NCBI GenBank assembly: GCA_024763175.1
Contig: JANTGA010000001.1
Coordinates: 32,767-96,766, forward strand
From: Sulfurovum sp.
GTDB taxonomy: Bacteria; Campylobacterota; Campylobacteria; Campylobacterales; Sulfurovaceae
DNA: 64,000 nucleotides
Reading direction: 5' to 3'
This document shows positions 1 to 12,139 of the stretch, piece after piece. Every line of letters starts with the position of its first letter. The first letter of the stretch is position 1. A program made the translations under genes and the position numbers. Below the pieces are notes generated by a model. That model did no database searches. It saw only the letters and a program-made list of their open reading frames with translations, and was not told the DNA's origin.

Positions 1-99
1 GGCCTGAGAGTTTCAGTTGATGATTTGGGCATCGAGGTGAACTTCTCTAAAGAGAGAGTCAAGGAACAATTAATTGATTTCATCATGAAATCACAATAA
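1..99 (+). CDS. atpH: ATP synthase F1 delta subunit, C-terminal end (partial, runs off window start)
   Basis: Frame 1 is open from base 1 to TAA at 97-99 (...[20 protein letters not shown]), 28 nt upstream of atpA. Identity rests on the canonical atpH-atpA-atpG-atpD-atpC order; only 32 aa are visible. Confidence 0.5.
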   Translation, partial: GLRVSVDDLGIEVNFSKERVKEQLIDFIMKSQ

Positions 100-127
100 A
101 CCGTGTAATCTAAAGAAAGGAGAAGAA

Positions 128-1642
128 GTGGCAGTTAAATTGAATGCAGATGAGATCAGCTCGATAATCAAAGAGAGAATTGAAAACTTTGATATTGATA
201 TAGATATCAGTGAGGTAGGAAAAGTAGTAGGTGTGGCAGACGGTATTACCGCTGTCTATGGTCTGAATAATGTCATGGCCGGCGAAGTTGTCGAATTTGA
301 GAATGGTACGAGAGGTTTGGTGCAAAATCTCGAAGAGGCAAGTGTTGGTGTAGCAGTACTCGGTACAATGGAGGGGATAAGAGAAGGGATGAGCGTGAAG
401 CGTCTTGGATCACTTCTCAAGGTTCCTGTCGGCGACAGTCTGCTTGGAAGAGTTATTGATTCACTCGGTGAACCTATCGACGGAAAAGGTGTCATTGAAG
501 CAGCAGAGGAAAGATTTGTTGAAGAAAAAGCACCAGGGATTATGGCGCGTAAATCAGTTCATGAGCCACTACAGACAGGAATCAAGGCAATTGATGCACT
601 GGTTCCGGTCGGTAGAGGACAGAGGGAGCTGATCATTGGTGATAGACAAACAGGTAAGACAACTTTGGCGATCGATACGATCATCAGTCAAAAAGGTCAG
701 GATGTTGTTTGTATCTACGTCGCAATCGGCCAGAAGCAATCAACGGTTGCTTCTATTGTGAAGAAACTTGAAGAGCATGGTGCGATGGAGTATACGATTA
801 TCGTCAATGCATCTGCCTCTGATTCTGCTTCATTGCAATTCCTCGCTCCATATACTGGCGTGACAATGGCTGAATACTTTAGAGATAATGGCAGACACGC
901 GGTAATCTTCTATGATGATCTTTCTAAGCATGCAGTTGCTTACAGAGAGATGTCATTGATCCTTAGAAGACCTCCAGGTCGTGAGGCATATCCAGGTGAT
1001 GTTTTCTATCTCCACTCAAGACTTCTTGAGAGGGCTGCAAAGCTCAATGATGATCTAGGTGCAGGTTCGATCACCGCATTCCCTATTATCGAGACACAGG
1101 CGGGTGATGTTTCGGCATACATTCCTACCAATGTTATCTCTATTACAGATGGTCAAATATTCCTTGAGACTGATCTTTTCAACTCTGGTATCAGACCAGC
1201 GATCAACGTAGGACTTTCCGTATCTCGTGTTGGTGGTGCTGCGCAGATCAAGGCAATGAAGCAGGTTGCCGGAACGTTAAGACTTGATCTTGCATCCTAC
1301 AGGGAGCTACAAGCATTTGCCCAATTTGCATCTGATCTTGATGAACATAGCAGAAACCAGCTTGAAAGAGGACAAAGAATGGTTGAAGTGCTGAAGCAGC
1401 CACCATACCAGCCACTTGCGATTGAGAGACAAGTCGTCAGCATCTTCGCCGGTACAAAAGGTTTCCTTGATGATATTGATGCGGGCAGTGTGACGAAATT
1501 TGAAGCAGAGTTGTATCCATTTATGGAAGCAAAATATTCCAATATTTTCGATGCAATCAGAGAGAGCAAAAAGATAGACAGTGAAACAGAAGCTGATCTT
1601 AAAAAAGCTCTTGAAGATTTTAAAACCTCGTTTGCAGGGTAA
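128..1642 (+). CDS. atpA: F0F1 ATP synthase alpha subunit
   Basis: 504 aa with Walker [10 protein letters not shown] and full-length alpha-subunit-like sequence ([21 protein letters not shown]...). GTG start is preceded by AAAGGAG. Confidence 0.97.
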   Translation: MAVKLNADEISSIIKERIENFDIDIDISEVGKVVGVADGITAVYGLNNVMAGEVVEFENGTRGLVQNLEEASVGVAVLGTMEGIREGMSVKRLGSLLKVPVGDSLLGRVIDSLGEPIDGKGVIEAAEERFVEEKAPGIMARKSVHEPLQTGIKAIDALVPVGRGQRELIIGDRQTGKTTLAIDTIISQKGQDVVCIYVAIGQKQSTVASIVKKLEEHGAMEYTIIVNASASDSASLQFLAPYTGVTMAEYFRDNGRHAVIFYDDLSKHAVAYREMSLILRRPPGREAYPGDVFYLHSRLLERAAKLNDDLGAGSITAFPIIETQAGDVSAYIPTNVISITDGQIFLETDLFNSGIRPAINVGLSVSRVGGAAQIKAMKQVAGTLRLDLASYRELQAFAQFASDLDEHSRNQLERGQRMVEVLKQPPYQPLAIERQVVSIFAGTKGFLDDIDAGSVTKFEAELYPFMEAKYSNIFDAIRESKKIDSETEADLKKALEDFKTSFAG

Positions 1643-1654
1643 AAAGGCTGTATA

Positions 1655-3960
<2,306 letters not shown>

Positions 3961-3975
3961 ATCTAAAGGATTTGT

Positions 3976-4362
3976 ATGAAATTAATGAAGCTTGAAATCG
4001 TTACCCCCAAAGGGGTTATTTATGACGGTGAAGCAAAACAGGTTACTTTGCCTGGATCAGAAGGTGAGTTCGGCGTATTGCCGGAGCATGCCACCTTGGT
4101 CTCTCTTTTGACGACTGGTATTGTGACGATAGAGATGCCTGACTCCAGCAAAATTGATGTCGCTATCAATTCAGGTTATGTCAAAGTAGACGAGTCAAAA
4201 GTTTCCTGTATCGTAGATGGAGCTGTAGCGCTTTCAGCAGGCGACACAGATATCTCCAAAAAGCTGGAAGAAGCGAGAGATCTTCTCAAGAGTGCAGAGA
4301 CATCCAGTACTGCAATCGCTGCTGCTGTCAGTAAAGTAGAACAGATAGGTAAATCTTTTTAA
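3976..4362 (+). CDS. atpC: F0F1 ATP synthase epsilon subunit
   Basis: 128 aa with a beta-sandwich N-terminus (LEIVTPKGVIYDGEAKQVTLPGSEGEFGVLPEH). Lies directly after atpD. Confidence 0.9.
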   Translation: MKLMKLEIVTPKGVIYDGEAKQVTLPGSEGEFGVLPEHATLVSLLTTGIVTIEMPDSSKIDVAINSGYVKVDESKVSCIVDGAVALSAGDTDISKKLEEARDLLKSAETSSTAIAAAVSKVEQIGKSF

Positions 4363-4363
4363 A

Positions 4364-4951
4364 TTGGGATTTTTTGGTTTTCTTCCTGATTATCTTGTGC
4401 AGAGCAGTGCAATAACACTCTTTGTATTGCTGCTGCTTTCTGCCTATTTTGTCACAACATTTTGGATTTTTTTTTATCGTTTTTCTCTTCTCAAGAGAAG
4501 AATCCGGATCGAAACGAAGTCGCTTAAACTACTCTACCTTGGCAGAAGTCAAACGGTATCCGATGATTCGCTTCTTTTTACCTACCTGCGAAGAGTATCA
4601 GTACCCAATAGGGCTATATTGAGTGCAGCATCGAGTGATACAATTCGGAACTCCACCAGAGGTTTGACACTTCTTTCTATCATTGCATCAACATCACCAT
4701 TTATTGGACTATTTGGAACAGTGGTGGGGATATTGGAAACTTTCAGCAGATTGGGCAGCCAGAAGAGTGCTTCGCTATCTGTTGTTGCTCCAGCTATTTC
4801 AGAGGCTTTGATTGCTACTGCGGCAGGGATATCTGTTGCTATTTTTGCTTACTCCTTTCATCTGATTACGAAAAGAAAAGCCTATGAACTGAGTTCTCTT
4901 TTGCAGTCTCAAATTGATGTTGTCCTCTCGTTGAACGATAGACAAGAGTAG
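4364..4951 (+). CDS. tolQ: MotA/TolQ/ExbB-family proton channel protein (TolQ-like)
   Basis: 195 aa with three hydrophobic segments and the conserved C-terminal region SPFIGLFGTVVGILETF...ISEALIATAAGI. First gene of a tolQRA-tolB-pal-ybgF order. The TTG start is uncertain. Confidence 0.8.
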   Translation: MGFFGFLPDYLVQSSAITLFVLLLLSAYFVTTFWIFFYRFSLLKRRIRIETKSLKLLYLGRSQTVSDDSLLFTYLRRVSVPNRAILSAASSDTIRNSTRGLTLLSIIASTSPFIGLFGTVVGILETFSRLGSQKSASLSVVAPAISEALIATAAGISVAIFAYSFHLITKRKAYELSSLLQSQIDVVLSLNDRQE

Positions 4952-4968
4952 ACGAAGAGCACATACAG

Positions 4969-5355
4969 ATGTTTGGCTGGGATGACGATCCGGATTTAAA
5001 TATTACACCACTTGTTGATGTAATGTTGGTTTTGATGGCAATTCTGATGATTACAGCACCGACAATCAATTTTGAAGAGCAGATAACACTCCCCAAGGGA
5101 TCTCAAAGCAAAGTGCTTAAAAAAATTAAGACACTGACTATCCGAATGGACAAAGATCAGACAATCTATTTGGGCAGAAATACGTATACACTGAATAATT
5201 TTGCAGATAATTTTGTGCTTCATTCGGAGGATTTTGACCTTGAGAGTGATGTCTTTATAAGAGCAGACCAGCGGCTGGCCTACAGGGATGTGATGTATCT
5301 GCTTAAAAGTGTCAAACATGTCGGATTTACCAAGGTCTCTTTGATCACTGAATAA
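4969..5355 (+). CDS. tolR: ExbD/TolR-family biopolymer transport protein
   Basis: 128 aa. N-terminal DLNITPLVDVMLVLMAILMI is a single TM segment with the conserved Asp. Confidence 0.85.
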   Translation: MFGWDDDPDLNITPLVDVMLVLMAILMITAPTINFEEQITLPKGSQSKVLKKIKTLTIRMDKDQTIYLGRNTYTLNNFADNFVLHSEDFDLESDVFIRADQRLAYRDVMYLLKSVKHVGFTKVSLITE

Positions 5356-6098
5356 TGGAACAATATTTTAAGATCATTAGTGGAATACTGGCATTTTTTG
5401 TCTATTTTGCTTTATTGGGACTGCTGTTTAACTATTTTAATCACCATACACACAAGAGAGCAATTCATTACGTTGAAAAGAATGATAAGAGGATTACTGT
5501 ATCACTTTCTGAACCGCTCGTCAAGCAGAATAAACAGGCAGAAACCACTAAGCAAAAACAAAAACCAAAGGTTATGGTGAAACCAAAACCAAGAATTGAA
5601 GAAAAGCCAAAGCCAAAACATGCAGCAAAACCAGTGAAGCCGATAAAGAAAAAAATAAAAAAGGTCACACACAAAAGTAGCAAGAGAGAGAAACCAAAAG
5701 CAAAGAGTATGCCAAAAAAAAAGATCAATGTGAATAATTTATTTAGTCAAATCAATGAAAAAAAGCCAAATAGAAAATATATCAAGCACTCCAATAAACA
5801 ATCACTAAAAGATGAAAGAGATAGAGACCATGGCATTGAAAATGCCTATTTTGCCAAGGTCGAGAAGGTACTTCAAGGTTGGCCTTCTCAGAGTGAATTC
5901 GCGGGACAAACAGTCAAGGTATGGCTCCGTATCAGCAGAGATGGAAGTTTCCGATTTAGACTCCTTTCCGCTTCTAATAATCAAGATTTCAACAGTGGGC
6001 TGATACAATACCTTCGACAGCTTCAAAGAATAGGATTTGATCCGCATCAAAATACCAAAGCATATGAGCTAAATGTCGAATTTATAGCCAAGGAGTAA
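5355..6098 (+). CDS. TonB-C/TolA-like energy-transducer protein
   Basis: 247 aa with an N-terminal TM anchor, a Lys/Pro-rich spacer (KPKPRIEEKPKPKHAAKPVKPIKKK) and a C-terminal TonB_C-like domain. TAATG overlap with tolR. Confidence 0.75.
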   Translation: MEQYFKIISGILAFFVYFALLGLLFNYFNHHTHKRAIHYVEKNDKRITVSLSEPLVKQNKQAETTKQKQKPKVMVKPKPRIEEKPKPKHAAKPVKPIKKKIKKVTHKSSKREKPKAKSMPKKKINVNNLFSQINEKKPNRKYIKHSNKQSLKDERDRDHGIENAYFAKVEKVLQGWPSQSEFAGQTVKVWLRISRDGSFRFRLLSASNNQDFNSGLIQYLRQLQRIGFDPHQNTKAYELNVEFIAKE

Positions 6099-6100
6099 CC

Positions 6101-7345
6101 ATGAGATATCTTTTAATGTTTATTGTAACACTTCAGCTTTTTGCTGTTGATGCGACATTGAAGATCGAAAAGGATGTTGAGCAGCGAGCAAGGATTTCAC
6201 TCGTAGATGGTTCTGGATCTTCATCAGGAATGAATGAAAAATTCTTTAATACACTGTTTTCGGACTTGAAGATCAGCGGACACTTTCTGCCGGATCATAC
6301 ACACCATCGCGGAAGTGTAGCCAACGGGACCATAGCGCCATCACTGAAGTCAAAAGATTATGTGTTGAAATACGCACTTTCGCAGAGTGGCGGACTCAAA
6401 GCAACCGTTAAACTTTTTAACGCTTCAGATGCATCACTGCTTGCCGTAAAAGATTATAGGATCGGATCTGCCAACAAGTATCCTTTTTTGGCACATAAAA
6501 TTATCAGTGATATCAATGCTGTGCTCAAGTATCCTGATATCAGCTGGCTGAACCGTTATGTTGTTTTTTCCCGATATACAACCGCCAAGAGAAGCGTCAT
6601 CATTTTAGCTGACTATACGATGCAGTATCAAAAGACTGTCATAAGAGGCGGATTGAACCTTTTTCCAAAATGGGCAGACTCCCAGCAAAAGAGTTTTTAT
6701 TATACCTCATTTAATGGTACGCTGCCAACACTCTATCGTCTCAATATCTATAATGGCTCAAAAACCAGGATAACGTCATCTCAGGGTATGCTGGTTTGTT
6801 CGGATGTGAGTCAAAATGGAAGCAGGATACTCTTGACGATGGCACCCAATGCACAACCTGATATTTATGAAATGAGTGTTGCATCGCGATCGCTTAGGCA
6901 GATTACCAATTTTGCGGGCATCGATGTGGGCGGAAAGTATCTCGGCGGTGAGCGAAGTATCGTTTTTGTTTCAAATCGTCTGGGATATGCTAACATTTTC
7001 AAAAAAGCCATAGGCGGCAGTGCAGTCTCGCAGCTGGTTTATCGAGGCAGAGACAATAATGCAGTTGATGCAAACGGAAACAAAGTACTCTATTCAAGCA
7101 GAGAGAGTCACAATAGTTTTGGGTTGAATGCGTTCAACCTCTATTTGATGAGTGCCAATGGCAGCGGCACACGACCACTGACGACTACCGGGGTCAATCA
7201 GTTTCCAAGATTTTCTGCAAACGGCAATGCTGTTTTGTATGTCAAACAGTATCAAAATAGAAGTTCTGTCGGATATATCAATCTTGCAAGTAAGCAAACC
7301 CTTCTCTTCCCCCTGGGCGGAAAAGTGCAATCAATTGATTGGTAA
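6101..7345 (+). CDS. tolB: Tol-Pal system beta-propeller protein TolB
   Basis: 414 aa with a signal peptide and repeated propeller-type segments (PDIYEM..., FPRFSANGNAVLYV). Lies between the tolA-like gene and pal. Confidence 0.85.
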   Translation: MRYLLMFIVTLQLFAVDATLKIEKDVEQRARISLVDGSGSSSGMNEKFFNTLFSDLKISGHFLPDHTHHRGSVANGTIAPSLKSKDYVLKYALSQSGGLKATVKLFNASDASLLAVKDYRIGSANKYPFLAHKIISDINAVLKYPDISWLNRYVVFSRYTTAKRSVIILADYTMQYQKTVIRGGLNLFPKWADSQQKSFYYTSFNGTLPTLYRLNIYNGSKTRITSSQGMLVCSDVSQNGSRILLTMAPNAQPDIYEMSVASRSLRQITNFAGIDVGGKYLGGERSIVFVSNRLGYANIFKKAIGGSAVSQLVYRGRDNNAVDANGNKVLYSSRESHNSFGLNAFNLYLMSANGSGTRPLTTTGVNQFPRFSANGNAVLYVKQYQNRSSVGYINLASKQTLLFPLGGKVQSIDW

Positions 7346-7366
7346 AATTAAGTTAAAGGATAGGTA

Positions 7367-7876
7367 ATGAAACTAAAAACAATACTTTTATTGGCAATAA
7401 TTGTCTTATTGACGAGTGGATGCAGCCAAAAGAAACCAAAACCAAACGGAAATGCGTCTGATGCCAATGGCATCGCAGCTGATACTGTTTCGATTGATGA
7501 AAGCGGCGTGAATGGCCAAAGTGGCTACAATGGAAGTTCAGATGGCATGAAGAGTGTCTATTTTGATTTTGGAAAGTATAATCTCTCCTATGATATGCAA
7601 AGCACAATAGCACTCAATGCAAGTGTACTCAGGCAGAAGCTGAAAGGCAGAAAAGTCAAACTGGAAGGTAATTGTGATGAATTTGGAACAGATGAGTACA
7701 ATTATGCACTTGGTCTCAAGAGAGCCAAAGCAGTTAAAGACAGTCTTCAAGCACAAGGTATCAATGCGGGTCAAATTGTACTGGTAAGTTTCGGTGAGAG
7801 CAATCCCCAGTGTTATGAGGCTACCGATGACTGTTATGCTCGCAATAGACGGGTTGATCTTCATTTGACGAGATAG
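7367..7876 (+). CDS. pal: Peptidoglycan-associated lipoprotein (OmpA-C family)
   Basis: 169 aa with lipobox LLTSGC and an OmpA_C-like region (VYFDFGKYNL..., NCDEFGTDEYNYALGLKRAKAV, RRVDL). Confidence 0.9.
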   Translation: MKLKTILLLAIIVLLTSGCSQKKPKPNGNASDANGIAADTVSIDESGVNGQSGYNGSSDGMKSVYFDFGKYNLSYDMQSTIALNASVLRQKLKGRKVKLEGNCDEFGTDEYNYALGLKRAKAVKDSLQAQGINAGQIVLVSFGESNPQCYEATDDCYARNRRVDLHLTR

Positions 7877-7878
7877 CA

Positions 7879-8709
7879 GTGAAAAAAAGAGTCGTAGGCG
7901 TATTTTTTTTAGCACTCGTTCTGAACTTTAATTTGGAGGCAGAGTCATCACTGTTTGGTCCCAGTAAGCGTGAACTTGCATTGAAAAAGATGAACGAGCA
8001 GAGTAGAAGTGAAATTGCTATTTTGTCACAGCGTGTGGATGACCTTAATGAAAGAGTTGATGGACTGACGACTATTATCGAAGGGCTCAATGCGACCGTC
8101 AGAGAGTTTCAGATGGCAAAAGAGAGTCAGCAGACCCAAATGATAAATCAAAACGATATCAGTTCGTGGAAGGTAAAGCTTGACAAATTGAGTCGTGAGT
8201 GTGTGACTCGCAATGAATTAAATATGCTTTCTGGACCACCCCGTAGTGATGGAAAGAAAAAATCCAACTATCTCGCAACAGGAAAAAAAGAAGCAGTGAC
8301 ATCTTATTCAATGCCAGGCAAAAGTAATACAGGCGTGCTGAAACAAAAAAGTAATGCTGCGCTTTATAGTGAGGGCGTCCGTCTATTTCAGAAGCATCAC
8401 TATAATGAAGCCGAAAAGCGATTCAGTCTGACCCAAAGCAAGGGATACAAGCCAGCCGCAAGCAATTACTATTTGGGAGAGATTGCCTACTACACGAAAC
8501 AATACAGTGATGCAGTCTTTTACTATAAAAAGAGTGCCGGACTCTATGATCAAGCCAGCTATATCGATACACTGTTACTTCATACGGCAATTTCTCTGGA
8601 GAGAACAGGGGACAAGTCTCAGGCCAGAGTCTTTTATCAGACGATTATTGATGGGTATCCCGGAAAAAAAAGTGCAACAATTGCAAAAAAGATGATACGC
8701 AAACTATAA
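7879..8709 (+). CDS. ybgF: Tol-Pal system protein YbgF/CpoB (TPR)
   Basis: 276 aa with a signal peptide, a coiled-coil N-domain and TPR-like C-terminal repeats (YYLGEIAYYTKQYSDAVFYYKK). Lies after pal. GTG start. Confidence 0.75.
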   Translation: MKKRVVGVFFLALVLNFNLEAESSLFGPSKRELALKKMNEQSRSEIAILSQRVDDLNERVDGLTTIIEGLNATVREFQMAKESQQTQMINQNDISSWKVKLDKLSRECVTRNELNMLSGPPRSDGKKKSNYLATGKKEAVTSYSMPGKSNTGVLKQKSNAALYSEGVRLFQKHHYNEAEKRFSLTQSKGYKPAASNYYLGEIAYYTKQYSDAVFYYKKSAGLYDQASYIDTLLLHTAISLERTGDKSQARVFYQTIIDGYPGKKSATIAKKMIRKL

Positions 8710-8779
8710 TGCAGTACTAAAGCAATGTGTGCTGGCTAATTGGTAAATACAAAAATTTTAAATAGTTAAAGGTGAGTTA

Positions 8780-9418
8780 TTGAAAAGATTAATGCTTGGT
8801 TTCTTGGCACTTTCCCTACTTCTGTTTGCCCGAGAACGAGAACTGGTTCCTGTTGCCAAAACGGTTTTTATGTATGTTGACAGACAAGGCCAAGAGAGGG
8901 AAGTCAATCTGCAGGGGAGAGACTTCATTCTCGTCTCGGTACGAGAAGAGGAGAGCGATGGCCGATTTTATGCAGTGGATAGAGATGGGACAGTTTGGCT
9001 AAGCGGTGGTATCTCTTCGGGAGAAGAGGTGGACTATACGCCTTCAGGGGTATGGAAGGTGCTGAAGAAAAAACGATTTTATACTTCTAAAAAATATCCT
9101 GAGCCTGACGGAAGCAACAACATGGACTACAGTCTCTTCTTTACCAGATGGGGCCATGCCCTTCATCAGGGAAGCATTGATTTTACTTCTCATGGCTGTA
9201 TCCACGTGGACAAGTCAAATATCCCGTCTTTGTTTAACTGGGCCTGGGTCGGAATGCCTGTACTGGTGACAAGACATCGATATATGCATTTCGCCAGACC
9301 TGACCTCAGGCGTATCTACAAAACTCCAAAAAGATATAAACGAAAAGGGCACAGTAGAGAGGAGAGGCGCAGAGAGCTCAAAAATGAAACGCTACAGGAG
9401 AAGATATTGAGAGAATAA
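8780..9418 (+). CDS. L,D-transpeptidase (YkuD-domain) protein
   Basis: 212 aa with a signal peptide and the catalytic motif ...HQGSIDFTSHGCIHV. Has an unusually basic C-terminal tail. TTG start; an ATG alternative is at 8792. Confidence 0.8.
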   Translation: MKRLMLGFLALSLLLFARERELVPVAKTVFMYVDRQGQEREVNLQGRDFILVSVREEESDGRFYAVDRDGTVWLSGGISSGEEVDYTPSGVWKVLKKKRFYTSKKYPEPDGSNNMDYSLFFTRWGHALHQGSIDFTSHGCIHVDKSNIPSLFNWAWVGMPVLVTRHRYMHFARPDLRRIYKTPKRYKRKGHSREERRRELKNETLQEKILRE

Positions 9419-9462
9419 GGTAAATAGTGTATACTATGAATACATTAACATAAAGGATTAAT

Positions 9463-10080
9463 ATGAAGAAGTTGACACTTTTATCGATTGTGGCTGCAGC
9501 AGTATTGTTTGTCGGATGTGGAGAAGAGACCAAAAAGGCTGCTGAGGAAGCGACCACGACAGCAGTAGCAGAGACCAAGGCAGCTGCAAGTTCTGCGGAG
9601 AGTACCACAAAAGAGGTTGCCGAGAAAACTGTAAAGGCAGTAAAGGAAGCCGGTGAATCTATCAGTGATGCAACTGATAAAGCCGTTGAAGCAACAAAAG
9701 AAGCAGCATCCAGCGCGGTAGACAGCGCCCAAAAGAGTGCAGCCGAAGCTGCAACTGCTGTGACGGATGCAGCTGACAGTGCCAAAAAGAGTGTCGCCGA
9801 AGCTGCAACTGCTGTGGCTGATGCAGCAGGAAGTAGTGCTGGAGCAGATGCTTTTAAAAAATGTGCAGGTTGTCATGGTGCAGATGGTCAAACAAAAGCA
9901 CTCGGAAAATCAGCTATCATTGCCGGCCAGCCCAAGGATGACTTGGTTGCCAAGATCGGTGAATATAAAGCAGGCACCCGTAATGTTTCCGGAATGGGAA
10001 CATTGATGAAGGGGCAGGTTGCTTCTATGAGTGACGAAGATATTGAGGTAGTTGCCACATATATCTCAACATTAAAATAA
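9463..10080 (+). CDS. Lipoprotein class I c-type cytochrome (c553-like) with Ala-rich tether
   Basis: 205 aa with lipobox LFVGCG, about 110 aa of Ala/Glu/Lys/Thr-rich low-complexity linker, then heme motif CAGCHG and a distal Met region (GMGTLMKG). Confidence 0.85.
   Translation: MKKLTLLSIVAAAVLFVGCGEETKKAAEEATTTAVAETKAAASSAESTTKEVAEKTVKAVKEAGESISDATDKAVEATKEAASSAVDSAQKSAAEAATAVTDAADSAKKSVAEAATAVADAAGSSAGADAFKKCAGCHGADGQTKALGKSAIIAGQPKDDLVAKIGEYKAGTRNVSGMGTLMKGQVASMSDEDIEVVATYISTLK
9721..9828 (+). repeat. 54-bp tandem duplication (2 copies) inside the cytochrome c linker
   Basis: Copy 9721-9774 encodes DSAQKSAAEAATAVTDAA and copy 9775-9828 encodes DSAKKSVAEAATAVADAA. The core gccgaagctgcaactgctgtg is identical in both. 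Confidence 0.85.
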
Positions 10081-10107
10081 ATTTTATAGAAGTAAAAAGG
10101 ATAATAA

Positions 10108-10569
10108 GTGGGAATGTTTAATTTTTTTACGGATGCAGGAAAAAAGCTACTGGGAAAAGGTGATGACGGTGAGGCGATCAAAAAAGAGATCGAGGATTCT
10201 TTTGCGGAGCTTCCGGTCCAGGGATTGGTTGTTGAAGTAGCAGATGATACAGTTACACTGGCAGGTGTGGCCAAAGACCTTCCGACAAGAGAGAAAGCAA
10301 TTCTTATTGCCGGAAATGTTGAGGGGATTACCAATGTCAATGCTGACCAGTTGGTAGCACCCGAAATTATTGAAGCGGCAAATACACGCGATATTGCAGA
10401 GCCGGTGTTTTATTCGATCAAAAAGGGAGACACACTTTGGGGAATTTCTACTGAATTTTACCAAGATGGTTCCAAGTATCCGTATATTGTCGAGGCAAAC
10501 CTCGAAGTTATCAAGGACGCTGACAAGATTTACCCTGGACAATCAATTCGAATTCCAGAATTGGCATAA
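10108..10569 (+). CDS. ygaU: BON + LysM domain protein (YgaU/Kbp-like)
   Basis: 153 aa. The N-terminus MGMFNFFTDAGKKLLG matches the E. coli YgaU N-terminus as I recall it. Has a BON-like middle (VTLAGVAKDLPTREKAILIAGNVEGITNV) and a C-terminal LysM (YSIKKGDTLWGIS...IYPGQSIRIP). Confidence 0.85.
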   Translation: MGMFNFFTDAGKKLLGKGDDGEAIKKEIEDSFAELPVQGLVVEVADDTVTLAGVAKDLPTREKAILIAGNVEGITNVNADQLVAPEIIEAANTRDIAEPVFYSIKKGDTLWGISTEFYQDGSKYPYIVEANLEVIKDADKIYPGQSIRIPELA

Positions 10570-10717
10570 GCGTACGCTGGGCCTTTTTTGGCTCGAGATT
10601 ACTGTTTGGCCTATAGAGCCAATGGAATTAGTTTAGTCTTATGTGATATTTGTTACAATAATAATGTAGTTACAATTTATTTAATGGTAGCTAACATCAT
10701 TTAATTTAGGAGGAACT

Positions 10718-10954
10718 ATGAAAAGATTTTTATTCGTTTCGGCTGTAGCAGCTACAGCACTGTTTGCCAACCCTGCAGCAGACGCAGCACAAAAAGCAGT
10801 TACCGATAAGGCTGTAGATGCAGCAAAAGAGGTCGTTGTTGAAAAAGCCACAGAGGTTGTCAAAGAAGCCATTGAAGTAAAAAGCGAAGCAAACGAAACA
10901 GCTGAAGCTGAACCAAAAGCCGCAGCTGAAGAAGCAGAAAAAGAAGCAAAATAG
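10718..10954 (+). CDS. Small secreted Ala/Glu/Lys-rich protein (hypothetical)
   Basis: 78 aa with a GGAGG RBS 6 nt upstream and signal peptide MKRFLFVSAVAATALFA. The mature part resembles the cytochrome c linker composition. No known domain. Confidence 0.55.
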   Translation: MKRFLFVSAVAATALFANPAADAAQKAVTDKAVDAAKEVVVEKATEVVKEAIEVKSEANETAEAEPKAAAEEAEKEAK

Positions 10955-11023
10955 ATCTTTTGATCAGGGCAGCAGGGGATATCCTTGACAGGTTTCATTC
11001 GGTTCCGAACAAATCACCCAGAC

Positions 11024-12040
11024 TTATCCCATCGGGTAAAGAATCTCCTGATGTACTTGATCGCATGCTCTCAGTATCTCATCACCCAAAGTCAAATCCA
11101 TCGCAGCCAGTGAGGCGTCCAGCTGTCCAGTCTTTGTAGCGCCGATAATAGTAGAGGCGACGAAGCCGAATTGCTTGGACCATGCGATAGCGAGTGTCAC
11201 AGGATGAATGCCGGCATCGGCAGCGATTTTAAGATACTTTTGTGCAGACGCTAAGGTTTTGTCATTCATAAAGCGTTCTGCCATCACCCGCTGTCTGGCA
11301 TTGGGTGATTTAAGATAGCCGGCGAAGCGTCCCTCGACTTCCCCGGCCTGATTGTATTTCCCGCTCAGGACACCGCCTGCGAGAGGAGAGTAGGGGAGCA
11401 GAGACATATGTTCCTTTTGGTAGACTGCGGCAAGTTCATCGAGATCACGCCGATTAAGAAGAGAGAAGTTGTTTTGCACTGATTCGAATCTCGCATAGCC
11501 TTTGTATTGTGACGTCATCAAGGCTTTGGTTGTACTGTAGGCACTGTCATTGGAGGTACCGATATAGCGCACTTTTCCACTGCTGACCAGACGATCAAAA
11601 GCCTCGAGGGATTCTTCGATTGGGACGACGGTATCGGGCCAGTGCATCTGATAGAGATCGATGTAGTCTGTTTTGAGCCGTCGCAAGCTCCCTTCTACAG
11701 CACGTTCGATATGGAAACGGTCTATTGCCGTCAAGCCGTGACGGATCGGCGGAACGAACCAGCCGCTTGCTGCGCCGGCTACCTTGGTTGCCAGGATGAT
11801 AGAGTCGCGTGGTTTTGTCTGGAGCCACTCGCCTACGATCTCCTCGGTGAGGCCAGCCAGTTTACTCTTGGGCGGTACGGGATAAAGCTCTGCCGTATCG
11901 AAGAAGTTGACCCCGTGTGCATACGCTTTATCCATGATGGCAAAAGCCTCTTTCTTGTCACATTGAGTTCCGAAAGTCATTGTCCCCATACAGATAGGTG
12001 AAACCCTCAGGCCTGATTGTCCTATGTAGCGATACTGCAT
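11024..12040 (-). CDS. NADP-dependent aldo/keto reductase (Tas/YajO-like)
   Basis: 338 aa. MQYRYIGQSGLRVSPICMGTMTFG, FFDTAELY and YIDLYQMHWPD are typical AKR signatures. Confidence 0.88.
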   Translation of the reverse strand: MQYRYIGQSGLRVSPICMGTMTFGTQCDKKEAFAIMDKAYAHGVNFFDTAELYPVPPKSKLAGLTEEIVGEWLQTKPRDSIILATKVAGAASGWFVPPIRHGLTAIDRFHIERAVEGSLRRLKTDYIDLYQMHWPDTVVPIEESLEAFDRLVSSGKVRYIGTSNDSAYSTTKALMTSQYKGYARFESVQNNFSLLNRRDLDELAAVYQKEHMSLLPYSPLAGGVLSGKYNQAGEVEGRFAGYLKSPNARQRVMAERFMNDKTLASAQKYLKIAADAGIHPVTLAIAWSKQFGFVASTIIGATKTGQLDASLAAMDLTLGDEILRACDQVHQEILYPMG

Positions 12041-12139
12041 ATTTCTCCTCCTTTTTTGGCTTTGATTATATCGGGATTTTGGATAAGGGGGCTTGAAGCT
12101 TGCTTAGATACAATAGCAAAATTTTAAAATGGAGTCATT

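Noticed and set aside
5530-5740. Periodic AAACCAAA/AAGCCAAA-type repeats that look regular at the DNA level.
   Set aside because: They encode the Lys/Pro-rich (KPKP) spacer of the TonB/TolA-like protein. There are no spacer-repeat structure and no cas genes, so this is not a CRISPR array.
9378-9891. Two minus-strand ORFs of about 135 aa across the cytochrome c linker region.
   Set aside because: GC-rich Ala codons (GCN) give open antisense frames. The plus-strand gene has a lipobox and a CxxCH heme motif.
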